From positions 39,688 to 103,687 of the IMG/VR virus record IMGVR_UViG_2974600762_000001: a stretch of 64,000 bases of DNA; one strand, given 5' to 3'. Under the pieces are notes generated by a model. It was not told the origin of the DNA and did no database searches. It saw only the letters and a list, made by a program, of their open reading frames with translations. The translations under genes were made by a program, and so were the position numbers. This stretch comes from a virus. Below, one piece after another: positions 57,902-64,000 of this stretch (positions within the stretch are counted from its first letter, which is position 1; each line of letters opens with the position of its first letter).

Positions 57902-58240
57902 TTATAAAGCTAAGCATACTTTTAAAGCATGTTCCATCTTACTTTCTTCCTCTTTGCTAATATGACCAATATATTCAACTAAATCAGCTTTATTAACGGT
58001 AACAATAGCTTCAGTTAGCCCCAAACTTTTCTTAGGTGTTTCTGTGACAATAAAGTGTGTTGGCAACGGAACTTTGTGTTGGGTCGTTAGTGGTACTACA
58101 ATTGTGTTGGGGCTATGCAGGTTTCCTAAATTATTTTGCACAACTACACAAGGCCGTCTCCCAGATTGGATATGGCTCCATGATGGTTGTTCTGGTAAAT
58201 TAATGTAGTAAATATCCCCACGTTCTAAATCGTTATTCAT
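57902..58240 (-). CDS. mazF: MazF/PemK-family endoribonuclease, no adjacent antitoxin
   Basis: RGDIYY.NL, QSGRRPCVVVQN..GN.HSPNTIVVPLTT, E.I.TV.K..L..YIG motifs. Confidence 0.9.
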   Translation of the reverse strand: MNNDLERGDIYYINLPEQPSWSHIQSGRRPCVVVQNNLGNLHSPNTIVVPLTTQHKVPLPTHFIVTETPKKSLGLTEAIVTVNKADLVEYIGHISKEEESKMEHALKVCLAL

Positions 58241-58271
58241 TATGATAACTTCCTTTCTTTTTCTATAATAA

Positions 58272-58301
58272 AAGGATACCATTTCTGGTATCCTTTGTCA
58301 A
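58272..58301 (-). promoter_or_regulatory. hairpin-in-spacer promoter of mazF
   Basis: Minus strand TTGACA AAGGATACCA gaaa TGGTATCCTT, perfect 10-bp stem. Confidence 0.8.
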
Positions 58302-58304
58302 CAC

Positions 58305-58484
58305 TTAATCGTGAGTTTTTTCATCGTCAAGCTCGTGTTCCATATTATCTATGTCTTCATAAGCATCTTCAAGTTCACTATTTAGAGAATCATTTTCTTC
58401 CTCTAGTTCCTCCACTCTTTGTTCCAAATAATTGATGCGGTCATACATCTCCTGATTACTTGAGAATGGTTCCTTATTGTTCAT
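58305..58484 (-). CDS. small acidic coiled-coil protein
   Basis: RINYLEQRVEELEEENDSL; SD AGGAG. Confidence 0.6.
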   Translation of the reverse strand: MNNKEPFSSNQEMYDRINYLEQRVEELEEENDSLNSELEDAYEDIDNMEHELDDEKTHD

Positions 58485-58528
58485 CAATATCATCTCCTAA
58501 GATATAATTAATTAGTTTTTGCTGTGGT

Positions 58529-59044
58529 TTATTCTTTGGAACATTCACAAAACCGATACCCGCCGTGTGTTTTTCTTCCTCCTCTTAAACAAGCACTTAT
58601 TTTTGAAGCATTAAGACCAAGTTTTCTTGCACAATCATGAACTCCAGAGTATTTAGTCTTTTTATTATCTTTAATTGCATATATCTCTCTCTGTGGGAAT
58701 CTTTTATTTCTTTCTTGTTCTAACTTGTTAGCCCATCTTAGATTAGATACTCTGTTATTGTCCTTGTTTCTATCAATATGGTCAACAGTTTCCTTGCTAT
58801 CTGGATTATCAATAAAAGCTATAGCAACTTGCCTATGAACGGTAACGTTTTTTGCTACGCCATTTTTATACAGTGTTACCATATGATACCTTCCAGTTGT
58901 GTCTTGTAATAGTATTTTAGACTTAATAGTTCTAATACCGTTTCCTCTTGTCTTTACATTTCTAGTAATTGACCTAACACGTCCAAAACTTGACACTTCA
59001 TAATTTGAATAGCCTGCTATTGGTTTCCAAACTTCTTCTTCCAA
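58529..59044 (-). CDS. NUMOD4-HNH homing endonuclease
   Basis: EEVWKPI.GYSNYEVSSFGRVRS, VHR.VA.AF, VDHIDRNK.NN..SNLRW, C-terminal NUMOD1-like HTH; TTG start with GGAGG. Confidence 0.9.
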   Translation of the reverse strand: MEEEVWKPIAGYSNYEVSSFGRVRSITRNVKTRGNGIRTIKSKILLQDTTGRYHMVTLYKNGVAKNVTVHRQVAIAFIDNPDSKETVDHIDRNKDNNRVSNLRWANKLEQERNKRFPQREIYAIKDNKKTKYSGVHDCARKLGLNASKISACLRGGRKTHGGYRFCECSKE

Positions 59045-59117
59045 AAAACAACCTCCCTTAATGTTAATATACATTATACATAGTATATTACAAAATTGGG
59101 AGATTGTCAATATTTTT

Positions 59118-59882
59118 TTATTTATTATTTGTTTTTACAAACCATTTGCTATCAAAGAAAGCGACTAAGTCATTCATAATATATAACATATAAGTGAAGA
59201 ATAAAACCCAAACAGCTTCTCCTTGCATTGCAGTTACTAACCACAATACGATGGAACTAAGACCTTGTGCAAACCAGAAGTAGTAAGAAGCACGGAAACG
59301 GCGAACGGTTAAGATTGCCCCCGTAAGACCGATAGTAGCGGCAAATGCGTCAATAAACGGACGAGGACTAGTTAAGATAACCGTATCAAGACCGTATGTC
59401 ACGATAAAGAAACCAACGAAAGTTAATGCCGTCTGCAAAGCGAACTTGGAGTTCATCTTACGAGGTTCTAAATCTTTACCATTATTCCAAGTCTTATTAA
59501 ATAGCACCGGCAAGTCCAACAGGAAGATATAGAAGCCTTGCATAACAATATCAGAGAAGTTCCCTGTCTTTAATGCCACGTAAATCAGCATAGCCGCAGA
59601 AACGAAGCCCAGAACACCGTTGATAGGACGTCCGTTCGTGATACTTAAAGTACAAGTAAAACCAATCAACCCGGCAACCGTTGAAGTTACTCCCAAACCA
59701 GTAATTCCATGACCAAGACCAACGTATAACAGGAACAGCCAACCAATTACCAGCAAGACATAGCTGGACTTTGTCCAGCCGGTCATCTGGTCTTTGTACC
59801 AACGCCAATTAAATACCCGACTAACTGATTCCGGGTTATATCCTAAATCCACCACTGTATTACCTTGTGTTTCTTGCTGCAA
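59118..59882 (-). CDS. pnuC: PnuC nicotinamide riboside transporter
   Basis: Multiple TMs; GF.CTL....G..IN...G.VS, Q.FY, DAF...IG..G..L....F...Y.FW..Q motifs. Confidence 0.85.
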   Translation of the reverse strand: MQQETQGNTVVDLGYNPESVSRVFNWRWYKDQMTGWTKSSYVLLVIGWLFLLYVGLGHGITGLGVTSTVAGLIGFTCTLSITNGRPINGVLGFVSAAMLIYVALKTGNFSDIVMQGFYIFLLDLPVLFNKTWNNGKDLEPRKMNSKFALQTALTFVGFFIVTYGLDTVILTSPRPFIDAFAATIGLTGAILTVRRFRASYYFWFAQGLSSIVLWLVTAMQGEAVWVLFFTYMLYIMNDLVAFFDSKWFVKTNNK

Positions 59883-59963
59883 AATAAAAACTTCCTTCTA
59901 TATTTATTTAGGTCAATCTATGCTTAGACTGCCTTGTCCGCCTATAATGGCATCTTTCCTATA

Positions 59964-60179
59964 TTAATCTAACCTCTTAATCAAATCACTATATGAATAA
60001 CTACCACGCAATTCTTTGTATGCATCCATGTTAGCCTTAATCCAATTACTAGCATCACCAATAGCTATATCTGATTGGTGGTCTAATAGCTCTACTTGGC
60101 TGTTATACGTTTTTAGCCATAGTTCCATATCAATAATCAACTTCAACTGCTTATCTGTAGCTAGTTTCAATAGGTTCAC
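59964..60179 (-). CDS. hypothetical protein
   Basis: ATDKQLKLI..ME motif. Confidence 0.6.
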   Translation of the reverse strand: MNLLKLATDKQLKLIIDMELWLKTYNSQVELLDHQSDIAIGDASNWIKANMDAYKELRGSYSYSDLIKRLD

Positions 60180-60185
60180 CCCAAT

Positions 60186-60695
60186 CTATTCTGAATATTG
60201 GTTCTCATCATTAGTTCTAATAATAGACTTGATTACTGGTGAATCCATACAATCTTCTAACACATGTACTGCATTTTGGTCAACGTAATACAACTCTTTA
60301 ACTTTGTTAATATATTTGCTCCAGAACACATTCATCATAGCTAACGATTTTTCTAGTTCTGGATGACCAGTTCCTAATGCAATTCCATAATCATCAGATA
60401 ATCCAGTATCAATTAAGTCAACTGCCTGTTCCATCATTGTTTCATATAAATGGTTTAGCACACTTGATGAGCTAGCCTCACAAAATCCAATTAAAGCGAA
60501 CCCACCAGAATTAGTTTTACCTAATTTTCGTTTTCCTTCGCTACTTTGGCTCATGACATAATCTTTAATCTGATTATACTGAGTAGCAGTGACATACTTA
60601 TTACGAACTACCATATGAGCAGGAAACTCTGGGTTTAAAAGCAGCGTCATCTCAATGTATGGATAGACGTCTTTACTACGCTTGATAAGGCTCAC
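60186..60695 (-). CDS. hypothetical protein
   Basis: GTG start, SD AGAGG. Confidence 0.65.
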   Translation of the reverse strand: MSLIKRSKDVYPYIEMTLLLNPEFPAHMVVRNKYVTATQYNQIKDYVMSQSSEGKRKLGKTNSGGFALIGFCEASSSSVLNHLYETMMEQAVDLIDTGLSDDYGIALGTGHPELEKSLAMMNVFWSKYINKVKELYYVDQNAVHVLEDCMDSPVIKSIIRTNDENQYSE

Positions 60696-60697
60696 CT

Positions 60698-61396
60698 CTA
60701 GTCTTCTTTTACATCAACTTTAGCAGTAGTGTCAGTAGTTTCTTCTACCTTAGCATCTACTTCCTTATCTTCGAGATTCTTAACTCTATCTGACAAAGTT
60801 GCTAATACCGCTTCTACATCAACCTTAGGCTTTGGTTCTCCTACTGTGTAATAGATATCCAAATATCCTTGTTGAGGTGTGTCAGGTTCAATCAATCGTG
60901 GGTCAATGAAAGTAGATGGATTGCTAGTATCATCTGACAAGTGTACCGTTACATAATCCGTATTGAAACGCTTGGCTACTGATTCAATAACCTTTTCTAC
61001 TAATGCATCAGACTTAATAGCATCTTCTCCATAGTTATTGTCATACAAGTTACGTTTTAAGTCTGTTACCAGTTGCTTATCAAAGATAACACGCAAGTTA
61101 CCAGTATTGCCATATCGGTGTTCTACTCGATTATCAAAGGCATTTGAGGTTAAGATAGTAGTTACTAAACCCTTTGCAATATCATCAAGCGGGTTAATGT
61201 CTACTTGCTTACCTAATTCCTTTTTAGTAAATAAGCCTACTCCTAATTCTGTAATCTTTGAGTATCCTTTATCAGATATCGTAGCCGTTAACCCTGAATC
61301 CGTAATTGTCAGCCCTTTGAAATGGATTAAATTAGCCCCATCAATAATTCCTTCTTTGTCGTCATACATTATAATATTACTTCCTTTCCTTAACAT
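60698..61396 (-). CDS. hypothetical protein with acidic tail
   Basis: 232-aa ORF, promoter at about 61412-61442. Confidence 0.65.
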   Translation of the reverse strand: MLRKGSNIIMYDDKEGIIDGANLIHFKGLTITDSGLTATISDKGYSKITELGVGLFTKKELGKQVDINPLDDIAKGLVTTILTSNAFDNRVEHRYGNTGNLRVIFDKQLVTDLKRNLYDNNYGEDAIKSDALVEKVIESVAKRFNTDYVTVHLSDDTSNPSTFIDPRLIEPDTPQQGYLDIYYTVGEPKPKVDVEAVLATLSDRVKNLEDKEVDAKVEETTDTTAKVDVKED

Positions 61397-61450
61397 GTAT
61401 TAAGAATAACATGTATAGTATTCATTGTCAACACTTACTTAAAATTAATT

Positions 61451-61945
61451 TTAGGAGTTGTCATGTGTTACTTTAGCAGCTGCCGCACTAGCAATGGCGC
61501 CAACTAAATCATCGACAAAAGTATTAATTCTGGTGTCATCTGTATCCAAATCTTTGATGACGCCCGTTTTTACTTTATCTACCATTCCAAAGGAACTCAC
61601 ACCAATTAATCCGTATAGTTGACTAATTGATACGCCCAATACTTCATCTACAGCAAAGACGCCTAAATCATTGCGAATGATAGATAATAGGGGCTCTTTA
61701 ATCAAGTTATCCTGTGCTAATCGGTCTAATTCTAAGCCAGTCATAGCTAAATTTAGTATATCACGCTTGTGCATTACTGTAGTAACTGCTGTTAAACACT
61801 CATCTACAGTCAAAGTAGGGATATACTTGTATTCTAATTGGTAGGCTATATCAGCCATGTCATTTAGAGAAACACCTAGTTCACTTAGTCTGTTGACTAC
61901 AAACTTATAAGCTTCTGTATCTTGATATTTCATTCCTTTATCCAT
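61451..61945 (-). CDS. pgpA: phosphatidylglycerophosphatase A (YpjQ/PgpA-like)
   Basis: L.E.GV...D+A.I, KRD+.N..+TG+ELD.LA, VDE.LG..I..LYG.IG...FG..DK.K.G, F.DD+VGAIA.AAA. Confidence 0.85.
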   Translation of the reverse strand: MDKGMKYQDTEAYKFVVNRLSELGVSLNDMADIAYQLEYKYIPTLTVDECLTAVTTVMHKRDILNLAMTGLELDRLAQDNLIKEPLLSIIRNDLGVFAVDEVLGVSISQLYGLIGVSSFGMVDKVKTGVIKDLDTDDTRINTFVDDLVGAIASAAAAKVTHDNS

Positions 61946-62417
61946 TAGAACCACCAGCTGCTGGCTTATTGAGTTCTGCGTTAAGCATCCAAATTGTCTT
62001 TTCAACATAACCGAGATATTGTTCTACCTGACTAGTAGTAACCACATCGCCGGCATCGCTTGCTCCGCTATGCAAGTTATTATAAGTGTCATCCAACGCT
62101 TCAAAGATATCTACTAATTGCTTTACTGAATCATTTGTGTCATCATTATATACTGATGGCACATCATTAATAGTTGTATTCTGAATAACTTGGTTTAAGC
62201 TAGTAAGAGGCATTCCCCCAACTTGGATAATTCGTTCTGCAATCCAGTCCGTTTCTTCAAATAACTCTTCCAACATCCCATCAATTAATGGGTGGTCAGT
62301 CAAGAAACGAGAGCCACGCATCAGCCAATGAATAGCCCAAGCCGTTTCATGTGCCTGTTGAAGGTTGGCTTGGGTTACTTGTAGCATATTAATATATTCA
62401 TCACTATAACTTTTCAT
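61938..62417 (-). CDS. dps: Dps ferritin-like DNA protection protein
   Basis: HW.MRG..F...H...D......D.IAERI..+GG.P; KT.WML. Confidence 0.9.
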   Translation of the reverse strand: MKSYSDEYINMLQVTQANLQQAHETAWAIHWLMRGSRFLTDHPLIDGMLEELFEETDWIAERIIQVGGMPLTSLNQVIQNTTINDVPSVYNDDTNDSVKQLVDIFEALDDTYNNLHSGASDAGDVVTTSQVEQYLGYVEKTIWMLNAELNKPAAGGSNG

Positions 62418-62658
62418 TGATTATTTTCTCCAATCTTTTAACTCTGTTCATTAAATCATTATTCTCTTGCTGTAACTTGTCTATTAAATTTAGTTTGTCT
62501 ACAACTTCTTTTGATAGGACTTTTTCTCCGATAATCCCATCTTCAAAAATGGTACTTTTGTCTATTACAGTTCGTTCTGGAATATCAGCAGTTCTTGTCG
62601 CTGCAATAATCCGTTCTGGAATACCAGCAGTTCTTGATAATATTAGTTTATTGTCCAT
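62404..62658 (-). CDS. small protein with internal RTA(G/D)IPER duplication and C-terminal coiled coil
   Basis: SD AGGGGG; repeat also visible in DNA at about 62572-62637. Confidence 0.6.
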   Translation of the reverse strand: MDNKLILSRTAGIPERIIAATRTADIPERTVIDKSTIFEDGIIGEKVLSKEVVDKLNLIDKLQQENNDLMNRVKRLEKIINEKL

Positions 62659-62758
62659 AATAACACCCCTTTTTATATCTATATGTATATAAATAGCACT
62701 TAATATGTGTATGCTATTTATATGACCAAGGTTTAGATGAGAGCTGGCTAATAGTTAA

Positions 62759-63283
62759 TTAGTTGTTGTGAATTTGATTATATGGATTATATCCAGAAAG
62801 TAAGTCTGAAATCATTTCCTTCATACCTTCTATATTACTGATAACATAGTCCATATTCATGTTATACTTAGGTTTTAAGCTATTAACTCCTACTGATGAG
62901 AGCACAGTATATATACTAATTTTAACCATATCTGCATACTTCTTAATCGGCTCCAGTAGCTCTGATTCACCAGCATCTAGCTTGTATTCCTTTGAATAGC
63001 TAAACATATTGTAAATAATATCCGACAGCCGATTCTTCTCACTGTCAGTAAAAGTAATATCATATTGACTATCAGATGTTTTCGTGTTATATGCTACTAG
63101 TGTTCTTTGCACTAGCCACCCAAAGTTATAGTATATAGCCTTCAATATGTTACAAGCACTATTTGCTTGGTCGTCGGACCTAGAGGCAACTTTGATTGCG
63201 TCTAGCTGAATATCTCTTTTTCTCGCCATTTTGAATTGAAGGCTATCTAAAATTACTGCTTTTTGCTTGGCTATTTTACTCAT
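62759..63283 (-). CDS. hypothetical protein
   Basis: 174-aa ORF, AGGTAGG upstream. Confidence 0.6.
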   Translation of the reverse strand: MSKIAKQKAVILDSLQFKMARKRDIQLDAIKVASRSDDQANSACNILKAIYYNFGWLVQRTLVAYNTKTSDSQYDITFTDSEKNRLSDIIYNMFSYSKEYKLDAGESELLEPIKKYADMVKISIYTVLSSVGVNSLKPKYNMNMDYVISNIEGMKEMISDLLSGYNPYNQIHNN

Positions 63284-63404
63284 ACTTACATGACCTACCT
63301 TTTATTTTTTTACATGCGGTACGACTCCGCTATGTATCCTCGGCATAAAAGAACATGGGAAGAAAACGCCGAGGAACGTTTTACTTTATTGAAATTAAGC
63401 TACA

Positions 63405-63477
63405 AGCTCCCAGCCGGACTTGAACCGGCATTACTAGATTGGAAATCTAGCGTGTTAGCCAATTACACTAGGGGAGC
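63405..63477 (-). tRNA. tRNA-Gly(TCC), CCA not encoded
   Basis: Cloverleaf GCTCCCC/TGGGAGC, anticodon arm CTAGA-TTTCCAA-TCTAG, T-arm GCCGG-TTCAAGT-CCGGC, U73. Confidence 0.9.
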
Positions 63478-63494
63478 ACTAAAATTATTACTTA

Positions 63495-63537
63495 TGCCTC
63501 GTTCCAGAGTTGGACTGAAATCACCTGTTTACAAGAC
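63495..63537 (-). pseudogene. 3' half remnant of a tRNA-Thr(TGT)
   Basis: CTTGTAA-ACAGG anticodon half, degenerate T-arm TTCAG-TCCAACT-CTGGA, acceptor strand ACGAGGCA; no 5' half. Confidence 0.45.
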
Positions 63538-63674
63538 GTTCCATAGATATGTCATTTAATGCGCATCTTTCAAGGGAAGTACAAGACTTGTATTTAAGGT
63601 TCTAAATATAGCGGTCTCAGTATATTTACCCCGCTTTTTAACAACTTCCGCAATGGACTTACGTAATGTCAAAA

Positions 63675-63747
63675 CATCAAAGCTAGGATTCGAACCTAGA
63701 AATCCGGATTTGGAGTCCAGCAGTTTGCCAGTTAAGCTTACTTTGAT
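63675..63747 (-). tRNA. tRNA-Trp(CCA), CCA end not encoded
   Basis: ATCAAAG/CTTTGAT acceptor, CTGGA-CTCCAAA-TCCGG anticodon arm, CTAGG-TTCGAAT-CCTAG T-arm, G73. Confidence 0.9.
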
Positions 63748-63914
63748 AAAGTCCTAGCTTGGGCCACACTGTTAGGAGGTGTGCTAGGTGCTGTTGATAG
63801 GAGTACCATAAACCACCAACTGTACCCTGTAAATCATTAGACAGCATTACCCATCTAATGTTCAAGTGTTTTTGTATGCCATAAGCTATCATCTTACGGC
63901 TATACCGGAATTTA

Positions 63915-64000
63915 TGTGCTTGGTAGGGATTTGCACCCTACATGACTTGTTATAGATGGCTTAGACACGGATATGGTCTTGCCAGACTAACTCCACGGCA
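63915..64000 (-). ncRNA. tRNA-like element cut by window edge, identity unresolved
   Basis: T-arm-like GTAGGG-TGCAAAT-CCCTAC followed by CAAGCACA; matching 5' strand not in window. Confidence 0.35.

Noticed and set aside
1194-61403. Numerous short opposite-strand ORFs nested in long genes (for example 1194, 2192, 2891, 22381, 22566, 56478, 59551, 61038)
   Set aside because: Fully overlapped by well-supported genes and lacking initiation signals.
62572-62637. 27-nt direct repeat
   Set aside because: Explained by an in-frame internal duplication (RTA(G/D)IPER) of 62404..62658.
63263-63892. ORF-track ORFs 63263..63559 (+) and 63683..63892 (-)
   Set aside because: They overlap clear tRNA genes and lack SD sequences.
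1-64000. True CRISPR array, integrase, transposase or group I/II intron
   Set aside because: No run of 3 or more regularly spaced repeats, no recombinase motifs and no visibly split conserved gene; the HNH gene looks free-standing.

Overview
64 kb of a large lytic phage genome with Herelleviridae (SPO1/Twort-like) gene order, most likely infecting Lactobacillaceae (lactobacillus-type NDT, PgpA, Dps and PnuC homologues). 1-29 kb (+): uvsY-ssb-recA-sigma block, two Thr-tailed putative virion proteins next to a GT-A glycosyltransferase, then accessory genes (PcfJ, NADAR, NDT, Pnkp-RNA ligase, AAA ATPase, TelA). About 29.1-42.8 kb (+): early host-takeover region, probably the collapsed long terminal repeat, with about 30 small genes behind consensus sigma-A promoters. 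43-63.3 kb (-): accessory genes (4 DUF2829/Tad2-like paralogues, second AAA ATPase, Rnl2 ligase, SF2 helicase, orphan MazF/PemK, HNH, PnuC, PgpA, Dps), then the start of a tRNA cluster. Main candidate novelties: (1) a phage protein O-glycosylation system acting on poly-Thr tails; (2) UACAU placed between SD and AUG of 16 early genes plus an orphan MazF-family RNase, suggesting a RegB-like early shut-off; (3) three perfect chromosomal parS sites in the early region; (4) about 11 promoters with a covarying G-U/GNRA hairpin built into the -35/-10 spacer; (5) a -1 frameshift signal with pseudoknot upstream of telA. All family assignments come from motif recognition by eye; no searches were run.
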